From the IMG/VR virus record IMGVR_UViG_3300035663_000008: DNA of 64,000 bases, one strand, 5' to 3'. Position 1 is the first letter of the stretch, and every line of letters starts with the position of its first letter. The notes under the pieces were generated by a model that saw nothing but the letters and a program-made list of their open reading frames with translations, was not told the origin of the DNA and did no database searches. Below are positions 30,278 through 40,365 of this stretch, in pieces. Made by a program: the position numbers and the translations under genes. This DNA comes from an uncultured virus (IMG/VR IMGVR_UViG_3300035663_000008). Its lineage: Duplodnaviria > Heunggongvirae > Uroviricota > Caudoviricetes.

Positions 30278-31125
30278 TGATTCTCGTTGACAACACACAG
30301 GTTTTGATGTCCTCTATCTTTGCACAGCACAGGGATGTTGCTGCCATTGATGAAGACCTTGTTCGCCACATGGTGCTGAACACCTACCGAATGTATCGCA
30401 AGAAGTTTTTTCGTGAGTACGGGGAACTAGTGATTTGCGAGGATGGCGGCGCATCGTGGCGGCGGGACTTCTTCCCACTCTACAAAGCAAAGCGCAGGGC
30501 AGATCGCAAAGAGAATCCCGAGCAGTGGGAGCGGTTCTATGACATCATCAACCGCATCCGTGCAGAGGTCGCAGAAATCTTTCCGTACAGGAATATGCTT
30601 GTACAGGGATGCGAAGCGGACGATATCATTGCGTTCCTTGCAAAGCGGTACGCTCCAACAGAAAAAGTTCTGATTCTCAGCGGCGACAAGGATTTCGGTC
30701 AGTTGCAGATCCATTCGAATGTCGTGCAGTATTCGCCTCTGCTGAAGAAGTTCGTGGAAATTGATGCACCGCAGCAGTTTCTGCTTGAACACATTGTTCG
30801 CGGTGATTCGTCTGACGGAGTTCCAAATATTCTGTCTGATGATGACTGCTTCATGGCAGAGGACAAGCGGCAGAAGCCAGTCACGCAGAAGCGCATGGAC
30901 GAAATCCTGAAGGAATACGCAGACACAGGCAAGGTGTCTGACAAGTATGCAGCAAACTGGAACAGGAACAATACACTGATTAATCTACTGAATATTCCAC
31001 ACCAATACGAATCAAAGATTGAATCTGAATGGAATAAACCTTTTACACCCTCTCGCGCCAAGATTCTGAACTACATGATAGAGAAGGGACTACGCAACTT
31101 GATTGAGGATATTGGAGATTTCTGA
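30277..31125 (+). CDS. rnh: RNase H / 5'-3' flap nuclease
   Basis: WRRDFFPLYKAKR, EADDIIA, LSGDKDFGQL, GDSSDGVPNILS. Confidence 0.93.
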   Translation: MILVDNTQVLMSSIFAQHRDVAAIDEDLVRHMVLNTYRMYRKKFFREYGELVICEDGGASWRRDFFPLYKAKRRADRKENPEQWERFYDIINRIRAEVAEIFPYRNMLVQGCEADDIIAFLAKRYAPTEKVLILSGDKDFGQLQIHSNVVQYSPLLKKFVEIDAPQQFLLEHIVRGDSSDGVPNILSDDDCFMAEDKRQKPVTQKRMDEILKEYADTGKVSDKYAANWNRNNTLINLLNIPHQYESKIESEWNKPFTPSRAKILNYMIEKGLRNLIEDIGDF

Positions 31126-31307
31126 TGCAAGACCGTACAGATTACGACAGCCGTGACCCCGCCGCAAAGAAGGCTCGCAAGAGCGTGGAGAGCAAGCACA
31201 AGAGCCGTCGTCGTCACGACGAAAAGGATCACTTGAAGCGTTTTGTTGAAGATTACAATGCAGGAAAGCGAGATTTTGATTATGACGAGTACGAAGACAA
31301 TGACTAA
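31125..31307 (+). CDS. Small hypothetical protein (60 aa)
   Basis: Overlaps both neighbours' stop/start; basic middle, acidic end. Confidence 0.6.
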   Translation: MQDRTDYDSRDPAAKKARKSVESKHKSRRRHDEKDHLKRFVEDYNAGKRDFDYDEYEDND

Positions 31308-31986
31308 CGCAATCACCATTTCAAAGCGAACTCTTGACATCCTCAAGAACTTCGCGTCAATCAACTCTGGCATCATCGTGAACGAGGGCAATACCCTGAA
31401 CACGCTGTCGTCCACGAAGAACATTCTTGCGGAAGCCAAGGTTGGCGAGACTTTCACGAAGTCGTTTGCCATTTGGGACTTGAACAAGTTCCTTGGAACC
31501 GTGAGTCTGTTCAAGGATCCAGAGTTTGTATTTGAGGAGAACTATATTACGGTGAAGAGCGGCAAGTCCAGTGTGCGGTACTACTACTGCGACCCGAAGT
31601 TGGTGACTTCCACAAGCAAGAAGATTGCTATGCCGTCCCCCGTGGTGCAGTTTGACCTCACGGCAAAGGATTTTGCGGACATCATCAAGGCAGCGTCCGT
31701 GCTTCAGGTGGGACACCTGTGCGTCCGCTCGTCTGCTGACGGTTCCAAGATTGAACTTGCCGCCACGGACAAGGGTGATGTGACCTCCAACTTCTATTCG
31801 CTTGTGGTGGGAGACAACACTTCAGGAGCCACATTTGAGTTCATCTTTGATGTGGACAACCTGAAGATCCTGCCTGGCGACTACACCGTTGCCATTTCGG
31901 AGAAGGTAGTTTCGTCCTTCTCCAACAAGAATGAACCGCTGACCTATTGGATTGCTCTGAACGCCGACTCTACCTACGAGGCTTGA
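31300..31986 (+). CDS. gp45: Sliding clamp gp45
   Basis: TLDILKNFASINSGI, FAIWDLNKFL, NLKILPGDYTV, YWIAL. Confidence 0.94.
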   Translation: MTNAITISKRTLDILKNFASINSGIIVNEGNTLNTLSSTKNILAEAKVGETFTKSFAIWDLNKFLGTVSLFKDPEFVFEENYITVKSGKSSVRYYYCDPKLVTSTSKKIAMPSPVVQFDLTAKDFADIIKAASVLQVGHLCVRSSADGSKIELAATDKGDVTSNFYSLVVGDNTSGATFEFIFDVDNLKILPGDYTVAISEKVVSSFSNKNEPLTYWIALNADSTYEA

Positions 31987-31989
31987 TTC

Positions 31990-32943
31990 GTGACTACAAC
32001 TGAAACCGTGAAGGGTCTTTGGGTTGAGAAGTACCGCCCACAGACCGTGGAAGACTGCATTTTGCCAACGGAAACGCATGAGAGTTTCATGCGGATGGTT
32101 GAACGGGGAGAACCACAGAACCTCCTGTTGTCGGGAGGACCAGGCTGTGGCAAGACCTCCGTGGCAAAGGCACTCTGCAATGATCTTGGTTGTGACACCA
32201 TGATCATCAACTGCTCCGAGGATGGCAACATTGACACCCTCCGCACGAAGATTCGCAGTTTCGCTTCCACCGTGTCCTTGACCGATGGGGTCAAGAAGGT
32301 CGTGATCTTGGACGAGTTTGACTATTCAAACGCACAGTCCACTCAACCCGCCCTTCGCGGTTTCATTGAAGAGTTTGCGGACAACTGCCGCTTCATCCTG
32401 ACTTGCAACTTCAAGAACAGGGTGATTGAGCCGCTGCACTCACGATGCACCTGCATTGATTTCCGCATTCCCTCCAAGGAGAAGCCTGCTCTTGCGGTGA
32501 AGTTCCTGAAGCGGGCAGCGGAAATCCTTGAAGCGGAGGGGGTGCAGTACGATGAGAAGGTGGTAGCCCAACTCATTATGAAGTACTTCCCCGATTTCCG
32601 CCGTACCCTGAACGAATTGCAGCGGTACGCCGTGAGCGGCAAGATTGATGTGGGCATCCTGAACAGCGTGGGTGATGTGGCTGTGAAGGAGTTGATCAAG
32701 CACATGAAGTCCAAGGATTTCGGTGCTGTCCGCAAGTGGGTGGTGGAGAACTTGGACAACGATCAGACTCGCATCTTCCGTGCGATCTACGACAGCCTGT
32801 ACGAAACTGCGGAGTCTGGCTCCATTCCTCAAGCCATTCTTGTGCTTGGCGACTATCAGTACAAGGCAGCGTTTGCAGCCGACCATGAGATCAATCTCAC
32901 GGCGTGTCTTGTGCAGTTGATGATGGAGGTGAAGTTCAAGTAA
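31990..32943 (+). CDS. gp44: Clamp loader large subunit gp44
   Basis: LWVEKYRP, GGPGCGKTS, ILDEFD, PLHSRC, FPDFRR. Confidence 0.96.
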   Translation: MTTTETVKGLWVEKYRPQTVEDCILPTETHESFMRMVERGEPQNLLLSGGPGCGKTSVAKALCNDLGCDTMIINCSEDGNIDTLRTKIRSFASTVSLTDGVKKVVILDEFDYSNAQSTQPALRGFIEEFADNCRFILTCNFKNRVIEPLHSRCTCIDFRIPSKEKPALAVKFLKRAAEILEAEGVQYDEKVVAQLIMKYFPDFRRTLNELQRYAVSGKIDVGILNSVGDVAVKELIKHMKSKDFGAVRKWVVENLDNDQTRIFRAIYDSLYETAESGSIPQAILVLGDYQYKAAFAADHEINLTACLVQLMMEVKFK

Positions 32944-33209
32944 TGGCACGGAATCGCAGCGTCCGAAAAGGTAGAGTGTTCAAGGATTTCAAGGACAGGC
33001 GGGAGTATCAGACACCTATAGATCCTGCTGATTTTCCTGATCCCCCGCACTATTCCATAATGCCAGAAGATGTGCGGCAGATGATGAAGCAGGACATATC
33101 AAAAATGACACGATCCGAACTTGATGCGATGATGCGTACCAACAAGCAATACTTGAAGGAATACAACAAGAAAACCAATGTCAGGAAGACCCGATGTCGC
33201 ACCAACTGA
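32943..33209 (+). CDS. Hypothetical basic protein between gp44 and gp62
   Basis: TAATG coupling to gp44 stop; fills the gap. Confidence 0.55.
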   Translation: MARNRSVRKGRVFKDFKDRREYQTPIDPADFPDPPHYSIMPEDVRQMMKQDISKMTRSELDAMMRTNKQYLKEYNKKTNVRKTRCRTN

Positions 33210-33586
33210 CTGATTATTTGAATGCCATCAATGTGAACAAGGAACCGCTCTTGGACGAGAGCGAGTCGTACACGAAGCAATCGTATCCCCCGTTCGTGGT
33301 GACGCGCTGCTTGTCATATTTCCCCGACACCCTGTTCGCCGCGAACGAGATGAACATCCGCCCCCACTTGGATTCAAAAATGCACTTTGACTTCCTGCGG
33401 GGTGCAGTGCGTCCTCGCAAGCGGTTCTCCAAGTGGCTGAAGCGGGAGGAAGACACCCGTGTGGCGGCTCTGACGGAATACTACGGCATCTCCACACGGA
33501 AGGCGCGGGAAGCCCTCTCCGTGCTGTCTGAAGAGGATGTGGAGGAGATACTTGCGGCGGTGGATAAGGGTGGAAAGCGGCGTTGA
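33194..33586 (+). CDS. gp62: Clamp loader small subunit gp62
   Basis: YPPFVVTRCLSYFPDT..ANEMN, RPRKRFSKWLK, terminal KGG. Confidence 0.92.
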   Translation: MSHQLTDYLNAINVNKEPLLDESESYTKQSYPPFVVTRCLSYFPDTLFAANEMNIRPHLDSKMHFDFLRGAVRPRKRFSKWLKREEDTRVAALTEYYGISTRKAREALSVLSEEDVEEILAAVDKGGKRR

Positions 33587-33587
33587 T

Positions 33588-33594
33588 CTAAATA
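33588..33594 (+). promoter_or_regulatory. Late promoter variant CTAAATA before regA
   Basis: Intergenic heptamer. Confidence 0.5.
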
Positions 33595-33631
33595 GTTCCG
33601 TGTCTGTTCAATATTTGGGAGTGAACGCAAC

Positions 33632-34069
33632 ATGGAACAAAACGAACGCTACATTGACCTTGAGACAACCGATCTGCTTGAGGTCACGCTACAGAAACCT
33701 GATGACTTCTTGAAAGTCCGTGAAACGCTGACCCGCATTGGCGTATCGTCCCGAGCCGAAAAGAAGTTGTGGCAGTCCTGCCATATCCTCCACAAGAAGG
33801 GCAAGTACTACATTGTCCACTTCAAGGAGATGTTTGCGCTTGATGATCTACCCACCTCCATCAACACCGAAGACACGGGACGGCGCAACACCATTGCGTG
33901 TCTGCTTGAGGAGTGGGGCTTGGTCAAGATCGTGGACAAAGCCAAGATCACGGACAAGGTTCCGCTGAACAAAATAAAGATCCTGCCCTTCAAAGAGAAG
34001 GGCGAGTGGGAATTGTGTCCTAAATACCATATAGGACGGTCAAAGAAGACCATGAAGCCCGAAGAGTGA
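33632..34069 (+). CDS. regA: Translational repressor RegA
   Basis: DDFLKVRETLTRIG, QSCHILHKKGKYYIVHFKEMF, KYHIG. Confidence 0.96.
   Translation: MEQNERYIDLETTDLLEVTLQKPDDFLKVRETLTRIGVSSRAEKKLWQSCHILHKKGKYYIVHFKEMFALDDLPTSINTEDTGRRNTIACLLEEWGLVKIVDKAKITDKVPLNKIKILPFKEKGEWELCPKYHIGRSKKTMKPEE
34020..34026 (+). promoter_or_regulatory. Possible late promoter CTAAATA ahead of the glycan locus
   Basis: In the 3' end of regA, 59 nt before the first glycosyltransferase; also encodes Pro-Lys-Tyr so may be incidental. Confidence 0.4.
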
Positions 34070-34085
34070 ACAACGGAGATTTATA

Positions 34086-34787
34086 ATGAACCTAGTGATC
34101 AAGTTCCCCACCCGCAATCGTCCCGACAAGTTCAAGGCTGTGTTTACGCGCTATCTTACCTTCCTCAGTGGACGGCATGATGTGCGTTTCATCGTCACGA
34201 TGGACGAAGACGATCCCACGATGAACAACCCAGAGATGCAGCAGTGGTTTGCCACTCGCGCACAGAACGCACAGATTGAGTGCTTCTACGGCAACTCCAA
34301 GAGCAAGATTGAGGCTTGCAACGCGAACCTAGAGGGCGTGGACGGCGATGTGCTGCTTCTTGCGTCCGATGACATGGTTCCCGTTCAGATGGGTTACGAT
34401 GACATCATTGCCAAGTGCTACGAGCAGGCTTTTCCTGACTACGATGGCGCAATCAAGTTCTGGGATGGACTACGCCCAAAGGAAGACCTGCTGATGACAC
34501 TCACTGTCATGGGCTTCCCGCTGTACAAGCAGTTTGGCTATATCTACAATCCTGAATACAAGTCCGTGTACTGCGACAACGAGCAGACACAGGTTTGCGC
34601 TGCGCTGAACAAACTGCGCCGATGCGACCTGTGCATTATTCAGCACCAGTGGAGCGGAGAGCCGTGGGACGAACTCCATGCAAGGAATGAGAACAAGGAA
34701 ATGTATGGTGTGGACGGTGAAACCTTCAAGCGGCGCGCCGCAAACAAGTTTGATATGGAGGTAATGTTCAATGCAACAACTCGCTAA
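34086..34787 (+). CDS. Glycosyltransferase (GT-A fold)
   Basis: IKFPTRNRP, MDEDD, LASDDM DxD-like motif, YCDNE. Confidence 0.75.
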   Translation: MNLVIKFPTRNRPDKFKAVFTRYLTFLSGRHDVRFIVTMDEDDPTMNNPEMQQWFATRAQNAQIECFYGNSKSKIEACNANLEGVDGDVLLLASDDMVPVQMGYDDIIAKCYEQAFPDYDGAIKFWDGLRPKEDLLMTLTVMGFPLYKQFGYIYNPEYKSVYCDNEQTQVCAALNKLRRCDLCIIQHQWSGEPWDELHARNENKEMYGVDGETFKRRAANKFDMEVMFNATTR

Positions 34788-35400
34788 AATAGACCACTAC
34801 TGGCAAGATCCGATGTTTGAGGAGGGATATTTCACCTATCCCAATCTTTATTTTGCTGCGGTTCGTCACTTTCCGACCAACAGTCATTTTGTGGAGGTTG
34901 GTTGTTGGAAGGGACGCTCTGCTGCATTCATGGCGGTAGAAATTCACAATTCAGGGAAGTCTATTCAGTTTGATTGTGTGGATACATGGAACGGAAGTGT
35001 CACAGAAGAGCCACATCAAAATGATTCGTGGGTGAAATCAGGAACTCTATACGAACGGTTCTTGTCAAACACCGACCGTGTAAAGCATATCATCACACCA
35101 AAGCGCGGAGATTCAGTTGAAGTCGCTAGCACATATGAAGATAATTCGTTGGATTTTGTTTTCATAGACGGCGATCATCGTTATGAGTGTGTAAAAGCAG
35201 ATATAGAAGCGTGGTTGCCAAAGATGAAGTCAGGAAGCATATTGGCTGGTCACGATTACGGATGGTGCGAAGATGTCCGTAGAGCAGTCCATGAAGTTTT
35301 GGGAGAAGGTACCGATTCATACACAGATCGTTATGGAATAGGTTACAAGTCATACGATGATCCTTGGGGCGAAGGCTGCTGGATCATAAACATTGATTGA
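34771..35400 (+). CDS. Class I SAM-dependent methyltransferase (Methyltransf_24-like), copy 1
   Basis: VEVGCWKGRS, VDTW, DFVFIDGDHRYE, AGHDY. Confidence 0.88.
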   Translation: MQQLAKIDHYWQDPMFEEGYFTYPNLYFAAVRHFPTNSHFVEVGCWKGRSAAFMAVEIHNSGKSIQFDCVDTWNGSVTEEPHQNDSWVKSGTLYERFLSNTDRVKHIITPKRGDSVEVASTYEDNSLDFVFIDGDHRYECVKADIEAWLPKMKSGSILAGHDYGWCEDVRRAVHEVLGEGTDSYTDRYGIGYKSYDDPWGEGCWIINID

Positions 35401-36064
35401 GGAAAATCATGCCAGTATCAGCAAGTAAAATAACGGAGACTATGTTCAATGTCACAGCAACCAATTAATCATTTTTGGCAAAACTCCATGTTTGAGGAAG
35501 GGTGGTTTACCTATCCTAATTTGTATTCCCATATGGTTGGTATATTTCCTTCCAATAGTCATTTTGTTGAGGTTGGTTCCTGGAAGGGACGATCTGCTGC
35601 ATTCATGGCAGTAGAGATTCATAATTCAGGAAAGAGTATTCGTTTTGATTGTGTTGATCCGTGGAATGATCTTGATCCACATCCATTAATTCAAAATGAT
35701 CCGTGGGTGCAGAGCGGAAAATTGTACGATAAGTTTTTGTTCAACATTGATAAAGTGAAACACATCATCACCGCAAAGCGCGGCGAGTCCATTTCTATAG
35801 CAAATGAATACAACGATAAATCACTAGATTTTGTCTTTATTGATGGTGATCACCGATACGAATGTGTCAAGGCAGACATTGAGGCTTGGCTACCAAAGGT
35901 CAAGCCTGGTGGTATTTTAGCGGGACACGATTATGGGTGGAATGATGTTACTAGGGCAGTACAAGAAGTATTAGGAACAAAAGTTAAATCAGATCCTTGG
36001 GGCGAAGGCTGCTGGATCACAAACATTGATTGAGGACAATTATGCCAGTACCAGCAAGTGAAAT
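35359..36064 (+). repeat. 73-nt direct repeat (35359-35431 / 35992-36064), 5 mismatches
   Basis: gatccttggggcgaaggctgctggatca...atgccagta.cagcaagt.aaat occurs twice. Confidence 0.9.
35449..36033 (+). CDS. Class I SAM-dependent methyltransferase, copy 2 (paralog of 34771)
   Basis: Shares KGRSAAFMAVEIHNSGKSI and SLDFVFIDGDHRYECVKADIEAWLPK with copy 1. Confidence 0.88.
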   Translation: MSQQPINHFWQNSMFEEGWFTYPNLYSHMVGIFPSNSHFVEVGSWKGRSAAFMAVEIHNSGKSIRFDCVDPWNDLDPHPLIQNDPWVQSGKLYDKFLFNIDKVKHIITAKRGESISIANEYNDKSLDFVFIDGDHRYECVKADIEAWLPKVKPGGILAGHDYGWNDVTRAVQEVLGTKVKSDPWGEGCWITNID

Positions 36065-36680
36065 CAAGTTCAGCATTCTGATTCTGTCCATCCCTTCCCG
36101 CTTTGAGTCGCTGAAGGCGGCGGTTAATCACCTACAGGAACAAGCCGATGCCACGGGGCAGGGCAAGTCTGTTGAGATTCTTGTGCTGCTTGACAACAAG
36201 TCCAAGAGCATTTCCGAGAAGCGCAATGACCTCCTGCAAATGGCACGGGGCAAGTACATCGCTTTCTTGGATGACGATGATGCGGTCAGCAAGGACTACA
36301 TGAGCGCGATCCTGAAGGCTATTGACGAGAACGATGTGGACTGTATCTCGTTCAATCAGTGGTGCAGTATCAACGGCGAACCGATGGATGTGGAGTTCGG
36401 CATCGGTAATCCTCACGGACAGTTGTGGCGTGACGAGGACGGATTCCTTGGCGACATCAAGCGTCCACCTTATCATATGTGCGTGTGGCGGCGAGATATC
36501 GCGGTGAGCGAGGCTTTCAATTCCGTGTATGGAGCCAACGGTCAGTCCACGGAAGACATTGACTGGCTCATGCGTCTGTATCCCAAGATTCAGACCGAGC
36601 ATCACATCCCTGATGCCCTGCATGGCTATATTTACAACTCAAAGACCACGGAATCGCTAGTTCCGCAGGATCAGCAGTGA
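36042..36680 (+). CDS. GT2-family glycosyltransferase
   Basis: FSILILSIPSR, KRNDLLQMARGKYIAFLDDDD, EDIDW. Confidence 0.85.
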   Translation: MPVPASEIKFSILILSIPSRFESLKAAVNHLQEQADATGQGKSVEILVLLDNKSKSISEKRNDLLQMARGKYIAFLDDDDAVSKDYMSAILKAIDENDVDCISFNQWCSINGEPMDVEFGIGNPHGQLWRDEDGFLGDIKRPPYHMCVWRRDIAVSEAFNSVYGANGQSTEDIDWLMRLYPKIQTEHHIPDALHGYIYNSKTTESLVPQDQQ

Positions 36681-37369
36681 AGGTAATCTCCTACAGCCTG
36701 TGGGGAGACAACCCCACATATACGGTCGGTGCCGTTCGCAACGCGGATCTGGCGGCGCAACTGTTCCCTGATTGGACTTGCGTGTTTTACTGCTTTCAGT
36801 CCGTTCCTGCCGAAATAATCGCGCAGTTAGAATCTCGTCCGAATGTGCTTGTGCGGCGGGTAGAGGGTGATTACAATACCGCAGACAGCCGTGGTATGTT
36901 CCACCGTTTCCTTCCCGCAGACGAAGAGGGCGTAGAGTGCATGATGAGCCGCGATACAGATTCCCGTCTGTCTGAGCGTGAGCGGCTGGCGGTGGACGCT
37001 TGGATTGCCAGTGGAGCGGATCTCCATGTGATGCGCGACCATCCGTATCACGGGGTTCCCATGCTTGGCGGTATGTGGGGCGTGAAGGGCGGCAAACTCA
37101 AGGGGATTGCCCGTGACATGGAAGAGTTTCAGCCGAGCAGCGACAAGGGACAGGACCAGTCGTTCCTGTGGGAATGGGTTTGGGACAAGGTAAAGGACGG
37201 CGAACTGGCGGTCTGCGTTCACGATCCTTTCTTTCAGAAGTCTCCATTCCCCGATGGCGCAAAGCGCGGAGAAGAAAATGGTGGCGTGTGGTTTGTCGGA
37301 CAGGTCTTTGATGAAAACGACAAATACAACAGCCAAAGTGATTTAGACATGGTGAAAGGACAACCGTAA
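36677..37369 (+). CDS. Putative glycosyltransferase (KVISYSLWG family)
   Basis: MFHRFLP, SRDTDSR, MRDHPYH, GGMWG, DQSFL. Confidence 0.65.
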   Translation: MKVISYSLWGDNPTYTVGAVRNADLAAQLFPDWTCVFYCFQSVPAEIIAQLESRPNVLVRRVEGDYNTADSRGMFHRFLPADEEGVECMMSRDTDSRLSERERLAVDAWIASGADLHVMRDHPYHGVPMLGGMWGVKGGKLKGIARDMEEFQPSSDKGQDQSFLWEWVWDKVKDGELAVCVHDPFFQKSPFPDGAKRGEENGGVWFVGQVFDENDKYNSQSDLDMVKGQP

Positions 37370-38091
37370 TGGATAGAATACTTTTTGTTCATCATCATTT
37401 GGGAATGGGAGATCACATCATGTGCAATGGTCTTGTCAGGTCTTTGCTCAATGATGGCAAAGTTTATACTGGTGTTTATGTCTTTGCAAAGGACAAAAAT
37501 GCTTCTAGAGTCTCCCGTATGTTTGATGATGATCCGAGGATACAAGTAGTCCCGATCCCATCATCTGAAAACGAAATTTCATATGTGAACGCGGTCATCA
37601 GCAAGTATGGAATAGTTGATTTCGTTCGTTGCGGATTTGGTGCCATAGACAACCTCATGTCTATGGGACTGATTTCTAACTTTGATGAAGCATTCTATAT
37701 CGGGGCAGGAATACCGTTTGATGCAAAATGGTCGCAGTTCAAGATTAGACGAGACTACAAAGAAGAACAGAGAGTTTTGAACAAACTGAACCCATCGGAA
37801 AAGCCCTTCATGTTTGTACATGATGATCCTTCTAGAGGTTTTGTCCTCAATCCACCAAATCCACACGGGCTTCAGATCATCAAGAACGATGTAACGGTAG
37901 ACCTATTTGACATGATTGGTGTGTTGGAGGCTGCATCTGAAATCCATTGCATGGAGAGTTCGATAAGCAATCTCATAGAGTTTTTGCCGAATGTGGTATG
38001 TCCTTTGTATATGCACCGAGGAATCCGAGTAGACGAAAATGGAAAGTCACAAAATGCTACCAGTAGAATGAAAAGGTGGACGATTGTATGA
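37369..38091 (+). CDS. Putative GT-B glycosyltransferase-like protein
   Basis: HHHLGMGDHIMCNGL start, ASEIHCMESS. Confidence 0.55.
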   Translation: MDRILFVHHHLGMGDHIMCNGLVRSLLNDGKVYTGVYVFAKDKNASRVSRMFDDDPRIQVVPIPSSENEISYVNAVISKYGIVDFVRCGFGAIDNLMSMGLISNFDEAFYIGAGIPFDAKWSQFKIRRDYKEEQRVLNKLNPSEKPFMFVHDDPSRGFVLNPPNPHGLQIIKNDVTVDLFDMIGVLEAASEIHCMESSISNLIEFLPNVVCPLYMHRGIRVDENGKSQNATSRMKRWTIV

Positions 38092-38906
38092 CGGTTTTCA
38101 AGAATCTGATCATCGGATCTACATCTCAACTGGCAAATTACTTTCCTCAAGAGTTCGTTCGTGTTTCTTCTCGTTCGGAACTAGCAAGCCATTGCAACGA
38201 GTCTTGGGATACGGTTTATGTGTGTTTTGGTGAAAATCGTACCTATCTTGCTGATTCGAAAGACTCTTCAGTCACGGACGAGTTTTATCGCATAAACCAT
38301 GATCTAACATTAAGTGTCGTGAATATGTTCAAGAACAGTTGCAGGAGAGTGGTGGTTTACTCCACAGCAGAACTGTGGAACGATTGCAATGGTGCTGTTG
38401 GAATTGATACTCCGTTTCAGTACAAGCCCAACCATTACATACAGTCAAAGTACAATATGACAAAGGAACTAAAAGACAAGAGCAGATACCCGAATGTCAG
38501 CATTGCTTATCCATTCAACTTTAATGGGGTATACAGAAAGGGCGACTTTCTGTTTGGTAAGGTTTTTGGTTCTATACTGAACAGAACTGAAATACAGTTG
38601 GGAGACACCTACTACTACAGGGATATAGTTCATCCTAAATGGGCTGCTGAAGAGAGCATGGTTGATAGAGTAGGTGTAGATTTCATCATTGGTTCTGGAA
38701 GACTTGTGTATGTAAATGATCTGATACGATGTTTGTATTCGTCTTTCGGTCTTCGATATGAAGATATGGTCACTGAAAGAATCGTCACTCCATCAATCTA
38801 TAGGAATCGCTTGTTTTATTCGGAAACAAAGGCAAAAAACAGTGATATCGAATCTCTACTGACATCTCTTGTTGCCGAACTGAAGGAGTTTTCTCATGCA
38901 AGTTGA
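38088..38906 (+). CDS. Divergent NAD-dependent epimerase/dehydratase (extended SDR)
   Basis: LIIGSTSQLA, YST, YIQSK (YxxxK), PFNF, RDIVH, IGSG. Confidence 0.7.
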   Translation: MTVFKNLIIGSTSQLANYFPQEFVRVSSRSELASHCNESWDTVYVCFGENRTYLADSKDSSVTDEFYRINHDLTLSVVNMFKNSCRRVVVYSTAELWNDCNGAVGIDTPFQYKPNHYIQSKYNMTKELKDKSRYPNVSIAYPFNFNGVYRKGDFLFGKVFGSILNRTEIQLGDTYYYRDIVHPKWAAEESMVDRVGVDFIIGSGRLVYVNDLIRCLYSSFGLRYEDMVTERIVTPSIYRNRLFYSETKAKNSDIESLLTSLVAELKEFSHAS

Positions 38907-39267
38907 AGTATCTTTGGGTGAAGTAGTGGACAAGTATACGATCCTTCTGATAAAGGAGCGCATGATAACTGATCATAGTAAACTATTGAATGTCAAGAAA
39001 GAGCGTCAATACCTTGAAGATGTTCTCAAGCATGAAAATTTTTCTGACACGGAGATGCTTGACCGATTGACTCTGGTGAACGAAAAGTTGTGGCACATAG
39101 AGGATCGCATTAGAATCAAGGAATCATTGAAACTGTTCGATGATGAATTTATTGCTTTGGCTCGTTCCGTGTACCGCACCAATGACGAAAGGGCAAGGAT
39201 TAAAAGACAGATAAACAGTGCGTATGGGTCTAACTTCGTAGAAGAGAAGCAGTACACCGATTATTGA
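38896..39267 (+). CDS. Conserved hypothetical protein of glycan loci (DUF6165-like)
   Basis: VSLGEVVDKYTIL, VNEKLWHIEDRIR, LARSVYRTNDERA, EEKQY. Confidence 0.75.
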   Translation: MQVEVSLGEVVDKYTILLIKERMITDHSKLLNVKKERQYLEDVLKHENFSDTEMLDRLTLVNEKLWHIEDRIRIKESLKLFDDEFIALARSVYRTNDERARIKRQINSAYGSNFVEEKQYTDY

Positions 39268-39295
39268 AATAGTCAAGCGTCCAAACAGAGGCGAC

Positions 39296-40039
39296 ATGAA
39301 TACCAAAATTAATATACTCATTCCTATGGCGGGTCGCGGAGAAAGATTTTCTTCTGTTGGTTATGATCTTCCGAAACCACTAATAGAAATCAATGGGCGA
39401 CCTATGATAGAATGGGCATTGCGTAGTTTAGATGTGGATTTTCAACTACACAATTTCATTTTTGTGGTACGAGACTATCAAAACGATGAAATCAATGATC
39501 GTCTTTCATCTGTTTTGAACACTCTAGTGCCGAACAATACAACCATAAAGATTGATTATGTCACAGAAGGACCAGCGTGTACTTGTTTGCTTGTTCGTGA
39601 CATCATCAATGTAGCAACTCCTCTTATGATCGGAAACTGTGATCAAATTATGAGATGGAATGGATCATACTTTGTAAGCAGTTGCCTTAATTCTCCATAT
39701 GATGGCGTGGTTGTTACTTATGATGAAAGTACTCCAAAGAACAGTTACGCAAAATTAAATTCTCGTGGAGATGTGATACGAATTGAGGAAAAAAATGTAA
39801 TAAGCAATGTTTCATTGAATGGCATACATTTTTGGAAACACGGTTTTGATTTTGTAAGTTCTGCGGATTCTATGATAAAAAACAATGAGCGATACAACAA
39901 TGAATTTTATGTTGGTCCAACATATAACCATATGATTAGTGCGGGAAAGAGGATTGGCATTTTTCATATTCCGCGAGAATGTCATAATCCAGTTGGAGTG
40001 CCTAGCGATCTTGGTGTTTTTTTGGAGAGAAGTAAATGA
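39296..40039 (+). CDS. Sugar-phosphate nucleotidyltransferase-like protein (BcbE/GlmU N-terminal type)
   Basis: LIPMAGRGERF..GYDLPKPLI, TEGPACT, NCDQ, IEEK, NNEFYVGPTYN. Confidence 0.85.
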   Translation: MNTKINILIPMAGRGERFSSVGYDLPKPLIEINGRPMIEWALRSLDVDFQLHNFIFVVRDYQNDEINDRLSSVLNTLVPNNTTIKIDYVTEGPACTCLLVRDIINVATPLMIGNCDQIMRWNGSYFVSSCLNSPYDGVVVTYDESTPKNSYAKLNSRGDVIRIEEKNVISNVSLNGIHFWKHGFDFVSSADSMIKNNERYNNEFYVGPTYNHMISAGKRIGIFHIPRECHNPVGVPSDLGVFLERSK

Positions 40040-40365
40040 AGAAGCACAAACTTTCTGATATGTTTCGTGGATGGTTCGTTGGTGATTTTGAGCCTTCCGT
40101 GCTGCAAACAAAAGAGTTTGAAGTTGGTCTACTCACCCACAAGAAGGGTGAGAAGTGGGAAGAACACTATCACAAGGTCGCTACGGAAATCAATGTCTTG
40201 GTTGAAGGAAGCATGACGGTGAACGGCATACATATAGAGGTTGGAGACATCTTTATCATTGAACCAAACGAATCCTCCGCTCCCATATTCTTGGAGGATT
40301 GCAAAGTGCTGTGTGTAAAAACACCTTCTGTGATTGGAGATAAATATGCAACTATTCGTGAATGA
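40036..40365 (+). CDS. Small cupin-fold protein
   Basis: GWFVGDFEP, HYHKVATE, GDIFIIEPNE, KTPS..GDKY. Confidence 0.8.
   Translation: MKKHKLSDMFRGWFVGDFEPSVLQTKEFEVGLLTHKKGEKWEEHYHKVATEINVLVEGSMTVNGIHIEVGDIFIIEPNESSAPIFLEDCKVLCVKTPSVIGDKYATIRE

Noticed and set aside
40340..40346. ATAAATA late promoter at the RLP start
   Set aside because: Overlaps the ATG and encodes the cupin's DKY, so probably incidental
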